Below, piece after piece: positions 1-9,653 of a DNA stretch of 64,000 bases. The notes beneath the pieces are model-generated. The model saw only the letters and a program-made list of their open reading frames with translations, was not told the origin of the DNA and ran no database searches. The translations under genes were made by a program, and so were the position numbers. Position 1 is the stretch's first letter. The number at the start of each line of letters is the position of its first letter. The stretch comes from Syntrophales bacterium (lineage in GTDB: Bacteria > Desulfobacterota > Syntrophia > Syntrophales > UBA2210). The stretch covers positions 1,216,001 to 1,280,000 of the forward strand of contig CAXXKT010000001.1 of NCBI GenBank assembly GCA_963662405.2, written 5' to 3'.

Positions 1-1200
1 AATACACTTTTGCAGGGTTGCCGCATTCAGAACACCTTCCTGGCTGTCAGCGATGGTAAAGGGGTAGCTGGGATTATTCGGATCACCAATCACCTTGAAC
101 ATCGCCTGGGCCCTGGTCCGTCGATCCGCCAGTTCATTCACAAAGCGTTTCCCCGTCTTCTTGTCGATCATGATACCGAAACGGAAACCGGCCGCAATCT
201 GGTAAGAAGACCCCACACCAAAACCCTTTTCGTTAGGCGATGCCCAGGGACCTGACTGAATCCAGCTCAGGTGCACCGGTGCGGCACCGACCTTGAAGAG
301 GTTCTCCAACACTTCACCCGTGGCGCCTGGTTGATTGGTGCTGTCGAGCTGATTTGTCGGTTTTGCAAGACTGGGATCCTGAATCCCCCGGAAAAAGGGG
401 TCTTGGCTGAATCCGCCGCTTGCCACCACGACACCTTTTCTCGCCTTGTAGAACTTCCTATTTCCCGTCTTGTTGTGGCGATCACCGTCGGTGGCCTTGT
501 AATTGAACCTGTAATCTTCAAGCACCTCGACACCCAAAACGCGTCCGTTCGGTTTGGCGTTCGTGTCCTCGCGGACAAATCCGACAACCTTTGTCTTCTT
601 TTGCAGTTCTCCGTTCAGTTTTTCCAGGTAATAGGTGGTGAGGGGCCTGACGATGCCTGATCCGGAAGAAACCGTAGTCAAATAGGTCCGCGGTACCGAA
701 TGGCCGCCCAGGTGTTCGAGCTTGTCATTCCACTTCACGCCGCGCTCCGTCGTCCACTCCGGCAGATCACGTCCTTCCTTGGCGACAATCTCGATCAACG
801 CCACATGGTTGAGTCCCCGACCCGCCTTCAGGAGATCATGGACATAAAGATCCACCGAGTCCTTGACGCCTTCTTTCTCCTGCAGTTTTGAATTCACTGC
901 CGCCATAAGGCCGCCGTTGATGATGGAGTTGCCGCCGTTTACGGGCATCTTGTCCAGGATAATAACATTCTGCCCGGCTTCCTTGGCCGTGATCCCCGCG
1001 GCGAGTCCTGCGAACCCGCTGCCGATAACGATAATATCGAATTCCTTGTCCCACTTCGCTGGAATCGGCTGCGGCCTGGCATGGGCATCCCCTGCCAGAA
1101 GACTCAGGGCAAATCCGCCCACCGCAACGGCACCTCCCGTTGACTTAAGAAAGGTCCTCCGTGACACATCGTGTGTCGGCGTATTGTTTTTTTCTTTCAT
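1..1200 (-). CDS. Tat-exported flavocytochrome c flavin subunit, paralog 3 (partial, runs off the window start; not in the ORF track)
   Basis: Manual translation from the ATG at 1200 gives 400 codons with no stop: MKEKNNTPTHDVSRRTFLKS (twin-Arg), VIGSGFAGL (FAD), NSIINGG, HLGGHSVPR, STNQPGATGE, WIQSGPWASPNEKG, FVNELADR. Confidence 0.93.
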   Translation of the reverse strand, partial: MKEKNNTPTHDVSRRTFLKSTGGAVAVGGFALSLLAGDAHARPQPIPAKWDKEFDIIVIGSGFAGLAAGITAKEAGQNVIILDKMPVNGGNSIINGGLMAAVNSKLQEKEGVKDSVDLYVHDLLKAGRGLNHVALIEIVAKEGRDLPEWTTERGVKWNDKLEHLGGHSVPRTYLTTVSSGSGIVRPLTTYYLEKLNGELQKKTKVVGFVREDTNAKPNGRVLGVEVLEDYRFNYKATDGDRHNKTGNRKFYKARKGVVVASGGFSQDPFFRGIQDPSLAKPTNQLDSTNQPGATGEVLENLFKVGAAPVHLSWIQSGPWASPNEKGFGVGSSYQIAAGFRFGIMIDKKTGKRFVNELADRRTRAQAMFKVIGDPNNPSYPFTIADSQEGVLNAATLQKCI

Positions 1201-1569
1201 TTTTTCTCTCCTTCCGGACGAAAAGCCTTGGTAAATTGTTTTCCGTGCTGTCTTATCCAGTTCATACCTCCTTTCCGCCGCAATCAAGGACCGGCGTACA
1301 TCCTTCGATTACGGGCAGACTCTAGCATCGAGAAAGATCAGCGCATCTGTCAGTGGTCTTTGGGAAAATCGATCGAGGAGAAGAAAAAAGAGGGCCGCCG
1401 TTCGGTATCACGCACATACTTGCATGACAGGGATATCATCTGGAATTATGAAATTCGAAATTGCCTCAGAAGGGATTTTACACCGTGTCGTATCGATAAA
1501 GAAGAGAACAGCAGAACGTGATCGCTCATGGCTCCTATTGAAAGATCAATCTCTTAACGCTGCACCCTC

Positions 1570-1598
1570 ATACTAGGGACTTTTTACGGTACAGTCAA
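1570..1598 (-). promoter_or_regulatory. sigma70-type promoter for flavoprotein paralog 3
   Basis: Minus strand reads TTGACT-N17-TAGTAT. Confidence 0.55.
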
Positions 1599-1785
1599 GA
1601 CTTTTGGGATTCAAAAACGGGTTTTGGGGAAAGAGTGAAGAGAAGATATGATCGAGGACAGTGGTTGCGGGAATCCTTATGGTCTTTCCCGTGAAATTGA
1701 CTACGGCCAGGATCAGAAGCAGCGTCAGCCGCGCCGAGGCCCCTGTCGAATCTGCCGATGAAAAGCGGTACAAAACCGGGGACAC

Positions 1786-1827
1786 GAAAAAGACAGGCAC
1801 CCGGCGGTTCTGCCGGTTGCCTGTCTT
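1786..1827 (-). terminator. Intrinsic terminator after the multiheme cytochrome gene
   Basis: Minus strand AAGACAGGCA-ACCGGC...GCCGGG-TGCCTGTCTT hairpin followed by a T-run. Confidence 0.7.
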
Positions 1828-1901
1828 CAGTGTTTGTGGTTTCTCCCGACGACTTCCCGTGATCAACTCATCATGGTACCCCGCTCGCCGTCCCGTCTCA
1901 C

Positions 1902-4271
1902 CTAGCAGAGGACCGACCAGAAGATGAGGACCGTCAGGAGGAGGCCGAGGAGGACCGAGGCGATGCCGATAACCGCCGCCACCAACTGGTCAAGAGGACC
2001 CGGCTGCGTTCGCTTCAGTGCCTCAAGGCGATCCTCGGCGATGATCCGTTCATATTCCTCAGGGCGCTCCTTCTTCAGTGCCGATACGCTGTACCGACCC
2101 GTGAAGATGTTCGACTCCATGGGGAACTTGTTCGGTACCAGGTGGTTGTGGAAGAAGTGGACCGTGAAGATAAAGATCGCCGCCAGGAACGCCTCCTCGG
2201 AATGGGCCACCGCGGCGACATTGATCATCCACCCCGGCATGATGTACGAAAACGTTTCAGGGAACCAGAGGACCAGTCCCGAGAGACCGATCACGAACAT
2301 CCCCCAGAAGACGGCGAAGAAGTCAAACTTCTCCCAGTAGGTCCAGCGTTCAAAGCGGGGCATCTCCCCCCGGTCGAAGAACCAGCGGAGCATCCCCTTC
2401 AGATCTGCCCAGTCCTTCAGGTTGAAGAAGAGGGACTCCGGGCCGAAGAGCCGACCCAGCCAGCCCTTTGTCTTGCCGCCGGGGAAGAGGAACCGCAGGC
2501 TCAGCCAGCAGGTGTAGAGGAAGAGCGCCCAGAGGATGATCGCCGCCGCGCGGTGCAGATGCCCCGCCATGGTCACGCCTCCCCAGAGGTTGATCAGGAA
2601 CTCGGCGATCGGTGTTTCGTGATACTTGAGCGGGAACCCCGTCATGACCAGCACGAAGAATGATGCCATCAACAGGAGGTGCATGATGCGGTCACGCCAT
2701 GGAAAACGCTGGACATAGACGTACGTATCCTCCGGAGATGCAGATTCTTCTTCCCCCGGGGTTTTCAGTCGCCACTTGTGCCAGTAGGCCTTTCGCCACC
2801 AGAGGATGGTGTGGACCCAGAAGAAGAGAAAGACGAAGAACAGGAGAGCAAGCATGAAGACGTTGGTCCAGAAGAGGGCCGGATAGCGGGCCCGATCGCT
2901 GTAATCGGGGTGTGCCACATACGCGATGAATCGATGGTGGAATTTTGAGTGGCACTGTTCGCAGTCCTTCACGAGTTCGCTCTCATGAATGGTCGACTGC
3001 GGATCGTCCGGGGGGAGGATGTTGTGGCCGTTATGACAGTCGCCACACCCCGCGATACGCATGGGGTCCCCTTCGAGTGATTCGCAGGCGAGCACCTTGC
3101 CGTGGAAGGTCTCTTCATACCCGGTGGTCACCGAGGGGTTCAGGTCGTTCCGCGCCGCCAGTTCCCTGTCCTCGTGGCAGGTCCTGCAGGCAATGGTGTA
3201 AGATTCGCGTTTCTGCGCCTGTCCCCGCGGGGTATCGGCGTAGGCGGGAATGCCGTGGAGGCCGTGACAGTCCGAACAGGCTGCCGCGTCCTCGTTCCCC
3301 TTCAGAACGGCGTTTCCATGGCCCCGGGAGACATAGGTTTTCTCTTCGTGGCACGCGGTACAGCGTTTGATGACGGCCGTTTTTGAAGACCCCTCGTGTT
3401 TTGTGCGGATGTGCACATCGGTATGGCAGTCCTGACAGGTGATCCTCTCACTCAGAAGATGGACATCAGTATCATACTGTGAAGCGATGTCCTTATGACA
3501 GATGGCGCAGGTGATCAGTCCCGGCTTCATTTCCTGTGCCGCATGAGCCGATATGTCGACGATTCCGGTATGACAGGTGGTGCAGTTCAAGATGCCGTGG
3601 ACCGAGGCAGCGAACTGGTCTCCGTATTCGGGCTGGCCGTGACAGTTCTGGCAGGCCTGTCCCGGCTCGACCGGTTTTTTCCCTTCCGCTCCTGCCGTTT
3701 GTGCGCCGACCGCGACCTTGTCGGGTTCGGCCATCGGCGAGGGGATGACGAACCCGAATTCATGGCACTGATTACAGAAGTTCTCGGACGGGGCATGGGC
3801 ATGGTGACAGACATCACAGTCCAGTTCCGGGCCGTAGTGCGAATTGTGCGGATTTGCCTCCTCGTGCCCTTCCGTCGCCGCCACTATCAGCTCGGTCGTA
3901 TGGCACGACAGACATTGATCGGCCCCCACGAACTCGGGTGGGTCGGCATCGCCGTGGCAGGCGGCGCAGGAGATACCGCCCAGGAGGTGGCTGTGACTCA
4001 GGGGGAGGGTATTGGTCAGCTGTGGGTCATCCTGTCCGTGACACCCCAGGCACTGTTTGAGGCCCATCCCCTTCGTATCCATATGGCTGTCCGGCAGCTT
4101 TGCATCGTCACCATGACAGGCGGCGCAGTCACCGCCTTGAGCCGTCGCGAGACGCTGCGGCTCGGCCGCCGATGCGGGGCTGCCACCGCACAATAAAAAA
4201 GCCAGAGATAAAACGGCTACACCTTTGACCGTTTCTCTTACCCATTTTTTCCAGATATGATGGTCCTTCAT
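1902..4271 (-). CDS. 15-heme cytochrome c fused to a membrane cytochrome b domain (flavocytochrome-type heme module plus CbcL-like quinol oxidoreductase)
   Basis: Signal peptide and 15 CxxCH motifs counted. The C-terminal hydrophobic helices carry His ligands (RIMHLLL, HLHRAA, AHSEEA, TVHFFH) and WTYWEKFDFFAVFWG. Confidence 0.9.
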   Translation of the reverse strand: MKDHHIWKKWVRETVKGVAVLSLAFLLCGGSPASAAEPQRLATAQGGDCAACHGDDAKLPDSHMDTKGMGLKQCLGCHGQDDPQLTNTLPLSHSHLLGGISCAACHGDADPPEFVGADQCLSCHTTELIVAATEGHEEANPHNSHYGPELDCDVCHHAHAPSENFCNQCHEFGFVIPSPMAEPDKVAVGAQTAGAEGKKPVEPGQACQNCHGQPEYGDQFAASVHGILNCTTCHTGIVDISAHAAQEMKPGLITCAICHKDIASQYDTDVHLLSERITCQDCHTDVHIRTKHEGSSKTAVIKRCTACHEEKTYVSRGHGNAVLKGNEDAAACSDCHGLHGIPAYADTPRGQAQKRESYTIACRTCHEDRELAARNDLNPSVTTGYEETFHGKVLACESLEGDPMRIAGCGDCHNGHNILPPDDPQSTIHESELVKDCEQCHSKFHHRFIAYVAHPDYSDRARYPALFWTNVFMLALLFFVFLFFWVHTILWWRKAYWHKWRLKTPGEEESASPEDTYVYVQRFPWRDRIMHLLLMASFFVLVMTGFPLKYHETPIAEFLINLWGGVTMAGHLHRAAAIILWALFLYTCWLSLRFLFPGGKTKGWLGRLFGPESLFFNLKDWADLKGMLRWFFDRGEMPRFERWTYWEKFDFFAVFWGMFVIGLSGLVLWFPETFSYIMPGWMINVAAVAHSEEAFLAAIFIFTVHFFHNHLVPNKFPMESNIFTGRYSVSALKKERPEEYERIIAEDRLEALKRTQPGPLDQLVAAVIGIASVLLGLLLTVLIFWSVLC

Positions 4272-4399
4272 GATTTTCTCCGTGGAGGCTCGCTCTGTTC
4301 CCGGTGTGCGTATCCCGGGAAACCCGCCGGTGGCGGGAAGAGCTAGAGGACCCTTCCCGCCGTTTCATACACCGTACCTCTGGGGAGCGGCCTCTGTCC

Positions 4400-5944
4400 C
4401 TACGCCGCTCCGACATTCTTTCCCGCGATCCGGCCGAAGACCAGGCAGTCTACCACCGCGCAGCTTCCCAGACGGACGGCGCCATGAACACCTCCCGCTA
4501 CCTCGCCTGCGGCATAGAGACCGGCGATCGGGTTGCCGTCCACATCGATGACCTGGGCCTTCTCGTTGATCTGCACCCCGCCCATGGTGTGATGTACCTT
4601 GGGCCAGAGGCGGATGGCATAGAAGGGGGCCGTTTCTATGGGCTTTGCGTCAGGCTGCATGTACCTGCCGAATTCCTTGTCTACCCCCGTCTTCAGATAG
4701 GAATTGTAGTCGTCGACGGTCTTTTTGACGGCCGCGTATGGGATCTTGTAGGTCGCTGCCAGGGCCTCAAAGGTATCGAATTTTTTGACGACGCCCCGTT
4801 CGAGGAGCTTCCCCAGCGCCCCGGGAGGCCCTCCGCACTTCGTGGAACCAAACTCATCAGAGATCCCGATTGCGGCATGGCCGGTCCTGATAATGGCATC
4901 GGCCCGGACCTTCCGGTTTGCGAGCTCACTGACGAATCGTTTTCCCGTCTCGGGGTCTACCATGACACCGTAGCTGAAAACCGGTCCCGTCGCGAAGTGG
5001 GGACCGAGACCGAACCCTTTTTCATCGGGGCTCGCCCAGGGACCGAGCTGGATCCAGGAAGGCTGCACGGGGTTCGCTCCGATCCTGAACAATTCCCTGA
5101 GTCCCTCGCCGGTGGCACCCGGCTGATTCGTGGAGTTGACTTTTGCAATCAGCTTGGGATCCTGTGTCATCCGATACGGGACGTCACGTGAGAATCCGCC
5201 GGTTGCGATGACAAGGCCTTTCGTGGTCTTGACGGTCTTGACCGTTCCGCTGTCTTTCGTCGGGAAACGGTAGTTCTCGCGTATCTGGATACCGGCGACC
5301 TTCCCGTTTCCGTCGGTGAAGATCTTCTCGAGATAGGTCTTGGTCATGATCTGAACGCCCAGTTCCTTGAGCTTTGCAAGTTCCTGCATAACGATGCCGG
5401 AACCGCTGTAGTTGGCGGTGGGGCAGCTGCGGGCGACGGTGTGCCCGCCCATATGGAGGAGCATTCCTCCGAATTTACATCCGAGATGTGCCTTACACCA
5501 CTCGTATGCGCTCTTTGATTGATACGCCACCATCTTCGCCAGATCCGGGTAATTCAGATAGAGTCCCGCCTTCATCATGTCTTCCAGCATCAGGTCGGGG
5601 GAATCCTTGATCCCTTTCGCCTCCTGCATGTCGGATCCGGCCACCGCCATGACGCCGCCGTTGATGATCGAATTTCCGCCGGCGACGCGCATCTTCTCAT
5701 ACACAACCACTGACGCGCCCGCCTCCTTTGCCTCGATCGCCGCTGCCAGGCCGGCGAAGCCGCTCCCAATAACGGCGACATCCACCGCGGAATCCCATTT
5801 CTTGGGGATATCGGCAGCGATCGCCTGCCGGGGTCCGGCAAACAACGTCCCGGCCGCAGCACCGGTCAGCGCCGCCCCTCCCGTGGCTTTCAGAAAATTT
5901 CGTCTCGTCAAGCCCTGATCTTTGGGTGCCTTCTTTTGTGCCAT
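4400..5944 (-). CDS. Tat-exported flavocytochrome c flavin subunit, paralog 2
   Basis: TRRNFLK Tat motif, GSGFAG, IQLGPW, VHHTMGG, GEVAGGVHGAVRLGS. Confidence 0.93.
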   Translation of the reverse strand: MAQKKAPKDQGLTRRNFLKATGGAALTGAAAGTLFAGPRQAIAADIPKKWDSAVDVAVIGSGFAGLAAAIEAKEAGASVVVYEKMRVAGGNSIINGGVMAVAGSDMQEAKGIKDSPDLMLEDMMKAGLYLNYPDLAKMVAYQSKSAYEWCKAHLGCKFGGMLLHMGGHTVARSCPTANYSGSGIVMQELAKLKELGVQIMTKTYLEKIFTDGNGKVAGIQIRENYRFPTKDSGTVKTVKTTKGLVIATGGFSRDVPYRMTQDPKLIAKVNSTNQPGATGEGLRELFRIGANPVQPSWIQLGPWASPDEKGFGLGPHFATGPVFSYGVMVDPETGKRFVSELANRKVRADAIIRTGHAAIGISDEFGSTKCGGPPGALGKLLERGVVKKFDTFEALAATYKIPYAAVKKTVDDYNSYLKTGVDKEFGRYMQPDAKPIETAPFYAIRLWPKVHHTMGGVQINEKAQVIDVDGNPIAGLYAAGEVAGGVHGAVRLGSCAVVDCLVFGRIAGKNVGAA

Positions 5945-6408
5945 GATAATCCTCCTTTCTCACAGTCACAGTGAAAATAGTGTAAAAAACATTTCCCTTT
6001 CTCTACTCAAGACACCATCCGGTGCAGATAGAGGCTTGGGGACAACAAAAAAGCGGATGATTATGAGAAGAAAACAGGGAAGCAACGGTCACCACAAAAC
6101 AAAAACACGCGCCATAGGGTGCAAAGAACTATGGTATACCTTCCCTCTCTTTGCCGACACGGATAAGCCAACCAAGGACTGTAGTGTCAGTGTATAGAAA
6201 TTGTCCTCTAAGTCAAGAATATTTTGTAAGTAATATGAACCCCATACTCGTATGTTGCGGCAGCATGTACGTGTCGCAATGATGCCGGCTTATAGTTTCA
6301 GGAAATCCTGAAGGTGTGAGCGGCGGGGCGAGGCTATCCCCTCGTCCCGCCACCGTCTTGATGCATGTCTTCAGGGCTTGATCGATCGATTGGCCCCTGA
6401 AGCTGTTG

Positions 6409-7935
6409 TTACGCTCCGACCTGCTGCCCCGCGATCCTGCCGAAGACGATACAATCGAGGACGGCACAGCTCCCGAGACGGACCGCGCCATGGACACCTC
6501 CGGCAATTTCGCCCGCGGCATAGAGTCCCGGAATCGGCTCGCGATCCAGCCCGATGACCTGCGCCTTCGTATTGATCTGGATCCCGCCCATGGTATGATG
6601 GACCTTGGGCCAGGCTCGGCAGGCATAGAAAGGCGCCGTTGCAATCGGCTTCGAGTCGGTCTGCATGTACCGGTCGAACTCCTCGTCCTTCCCCTGTTTC
6701 AGATATTTGTTCCAGTTGTCGATCGTCTCCTTCAGCGGTCCGACGGGGATCTTGTACGCGGCCGCCAGATCATCGATGGTATCGAATTTCTTGGCAACAC
6801 CCTTTGCAAGAATCTTTTCGAGAATGGGGACCCGTTTGACTCCTTCGCTGTCTGCAATCGTTACGGCGGGGTGCCCCGTCCTGATAATCGCGTCGGCCCG
6901 GATCTTCCGGTTGGCAAGCTCATTGATGAAACGCTTTCCCGTTTTCGGGTCGACCATCACGCCGTAGATAAAACCGGCCATGGCATTGAAGACATACCCG
7001 ATTCCCATTCCCTTCTCGTCGGGGCTGGTCCAGGGACCAAGCTGTATCCAGGAGATCTGGACAGGCGTCGCGCCGATCTTCAAGGCCTCCATCAGCACCT
7101 CACCCGTCGCCCCCGGCTGATTGGTGGAATCAACATCCGCCGTCAGCTTCGGGTCCTGAAGTGTCCGGAAATAAAGATCCCTGCTGAAACCACCGGAGGC
7201 AAGTACCACGCCCTTCTTCGCCTTCAGGTATTTCTCCTTCCCTGATTTTTCGTCGGGGAACCGGTAGCCGTCCTTGATCTTGAGGCCGGCGACCCGCCCG
7301 CTCTTGTCCTGGATAATCGCCGTGACATAGGCCTTGTTTCTCACCTCGATTCCGAGACCTTTCACCTTCTCCAGCTGTTTGTTGACGATGGCGGACCCGC
7401 TTCCGTTCCATGTGGAATAGCTACGCGGTACCGAATGACCGCCGAGGTGGGTAACACGGTCTTTGTACTTGACACCGAGGGACTCCGTCCACTCCGCCGC
7501 CTCTCGTGATTTCTCGGCGATCATCCCGGCCAGATCGGGGTGATTCATATACAGCCCCGCCTTCATCATATCCTGAAGGAGCAGTTCCGGTGAATCCTTG
7601 ATTCCTTCCGCTTCCTGTTTCGGAGAACCGGCAACGGCGAAGACACCGCCGTTGATGATCGAGTTCCCGCCTGATACCCGCATCTTTTCGAGAATCAGGA
7701 CCGACGCACCTTTCTGCTTCGCCTCGATAGCCGCCGCCAGACCGGCGAAGCCGCTCCCGATGACCACCACATCAAACTCCTCATCCCACTTCTGCGGCAT
7801 ATCGGCGCCGAATGCCTTCCGGGGACCGGCAAACAATGTCCCGGCTGCAACACCAGCCAGCGCCACTTCTCCCGTTGTCTTGAGAAATCCTCTCCGTGTA
7901 AATTCGCCGTGTCTGTCTGTCGTGTCTTTTCCCAT
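6409..7935 (-). CDS. Tat-exported flavocytochrome c flavin subunit, paralog 1
   Basis: TRRGFLK Tat motif and the same FAD and active-site motifs. Start moved to ATG 7935, behind a GAGGAGG SD. Confidence 0.93.
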   Translation of the reverse strand: MGKDTTDRHGEFTRRGFLKTTGEVALAGVAAGTLFAGPRKAFGADMPQKWDEEFDVVVIGSGFAGLAAAIEAKQKGASVLILEKMRVSGGNSIINGGVFAVAGSPKQEAEGIKDSPELLLQDMMKAGLYMNHPDLAGMIAEKSREAAEWTESLGVKYKDRVTHLGGHSVPRSYSTWNGSGSAIVNKQLEKVKGLGIEVRNKAYVTAIIQDKSGRVAGLKIKDGYRFPDEKSGKEKYLKAKKGVVLASGGFSRDLYFRTLQDPKLTADVDSTNQPGATGEVLMEALKIGATPVQISWIQLGPWTSPDEKGMGIGYVFNAMAGFIYGVMVDPKTGKRFINELANRKIRADAIIRTGHPAVTIADSEGVKRVPILEKILAKGVAKKFDTIDDLAAAYKIPVGPLKETIDNWNKYLKQGKDEEFDRYMQTDSKPIATAPFYACRAWPKVHHTMGGIQINTKAQVIGLDREPIPGLYAAGEIAGGVHGAVRLGSCAVLDCIVFGRIAGQQVGA

Positions 7936-8843
7936 GGTGAACCTCCTCATCTTTTAATGAAAAAAATCTCTTTTCCCAAACGCTTCCGCTGAGACTGGTG
8001 ATTGAACAATATCACCGAAACAGGTGGTAAAAAGCCCTCAGGCACGATATCCATGTTCCTCGTGAACATGGCCTAACACGAATCATGCCACCCCGAGATA
8101 ATTCGTTGGTACAACCCATGCCCCATGCAGAGGGAAAATTATGCTTGGGATCATGATGGTTTTCCCCGAAAACACTCAAGATATACCATCCGTAATGCCT
8201 GAACCTCTTGTCGTCAAGGCGGGCAGAGAGTGCTGTGCATGATTTCCCGGAAAAAGCTCCATAATGCCATCTTGGCACAACCACGTCACTATGGCATAAC
8301 ATCCCGCTCCCTGCCGCGATACCCACCAATGCCACCCCTGGTTTCATCTGGAGAAGGGTTCCCCGCGTCAGTCCCGAGAAACAATCGAAATTGCCGATGC
8401 CGCCATATCGGGGATAGAGAGCGGTCTCGAGATACGGGTACAAAAAGGAAAGATGGTGTACCGGAAGATACCAGACAAAGGATTCATTCGCTGCGGTGAA
8501 GCCCGTTCCGGGAATGAAAGGTCCTTCCCGAATGGTGCCCGACGGCGTGGTGCTGATCATACCCATAAGAAATAGTGCCCACTACTAGCCATTGAAAGAT
8601 CACATCAACTAAGCTGATTATTTTCTAAAGCCTTTTTAAACAATAGTCAAGAATAATTCGATTATCTTTGAGGCGAACACCGTGAGGAGGGGAGGGACGA
8701 TTGCCTCGGGACATCGGCTCCGGGATCTTCTCTATCCCCCTCCTTGCAGTTGTCCGGCAAATGGTATATCTGTCGGAACCGTGGTTGAAGAATATGGGCA
8801 GGGTTTTTTATCGATACAACAGACTTACGCTATGGAGGAACGG

Positions 8844-9608
8844 ATGAAGACGGTTGATTTTTCTCTGGAAGGAAAGGTGGCCCTGGTGACTGGGGCAAGC
8901 AGGGGTATCGGCGAGGCGATCGCCATGGCGCTGGCGGAATACGGGGCGCAGGTCATTCTGGTCAGCAGGAAACTGGAAGCACTGAAAGAGGTTGCAGACA
9001 AGATCGCAGAGCAAGGCGGATCGGCGGTACCGATCCCGTGCAACATGGGACAGATTGAGAAGATCGGTGAGCTTTTCTCCGAGGTCAAGGGAAAATTCGG
9101 GCGGCTCGATATCCTCGTTAACAATGCCGCGACGAATCCCTACTTCGGCGAGATGCTGGGGGCCGACGAGGGTGTCTGGGACAAGACCAACGGCGTGAAC
9201 CTGAAAGGACCCTTCTTTATGATCCAGAACGCAGCGCGGTTGATGACCGAGAGCGGCGGCGGCGCGATCGTGAACGTGGCATCGGTCAACGGGATCAGTC
9301 CCGCCCTTTTCCAGGGGATCTATTCCATCACCAAGGCCGCGATGATCAGCATGACAAAGGCCTACGCTCAGGAGCTCGCGGGGGCGAATATCAGGGTCAA
9401 TGCCCTCCTCCCGGGGTTGACCGAGACCAAGTTTGCCTCGGCCCTCTTCACGAATGACGATATCTATAAAACCGTGGTGGAAAAAGTGCCGATGCACCGG
9501 CACGCCGCCCCCATGGAGATGGCGGGAGCGGTGCTCTATCTCGTTTCCGATGCCTCTTCCTACACAACGGGAACCTGTATCACCTGCGATGGCGGCGGGC
9601 TTATCTAA
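8844..9608 (+). CDS. Short-chain dehydrogenase/reductase, probably NADP-dependent
   Basis: TGASRGIG, SRK, NNAA and YSITK (YxxxK). GGAGG SD precedes ATG 8844. Confidence 0.9.
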   Translation: MKTVDFSLEGKVALVTGASRGIGEAIAMALAEYGAQVILVSRKLEALKEVADKIAEQGGSAVPIPCNMGQIEKIGELFSEVKGKFGRLDILVNNAATNPYFGEMLGADEGVWDKTNGVNLKGPFFMIQNAARLMTESGGGAIVNVASVNGISPALFQGIYSITKAAMISMTKAYAQELAGANIRVNALLPGLTETKFASALFTNDDIYKTVVEKVPMHRHAAPMEMAGAVLYLVSDASSYTTGTCITCDGGGLI

Positions 9609-9619
9609 CGATACCACCG

Positions 9620-9652
9620 AACGGGGACGGGCGATCCCGTCCCCGTTTTTTT
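9620..9652 (+). terminator. Intrinsic terminator between the convergent SDR and ABC genes
   Basis: AACGGGGACGGG-cgat-CCCGTCCCCGTT followed by a T-run. Confidence 0.8.
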
Positions 9653-9653
9653 C

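Noticed and set aside
1197..1265. 22-codon minus-strand uORF (MNWIRQHGKQFTKAFRPEGEKK) overlapping the flavoprotein start
   Set aside because: The AAGGAGGT abuts the ATG with no spacer, and there is no attenuator-like codon run or structure.
8075..8090. sigma54-like site TGGCATGATTCGTGTT upstream of paralog 1 (and a similar one at ~6098-6114)
   Set aside because: The -12 element is GT rather than GC, and the second site has the wrong spacing.
8012..8566. 184-aa minus-strand ORF in the long intergenic region
   Set aside because: No recognisable motif or SD and atypical composition; more likely a regulatory region.
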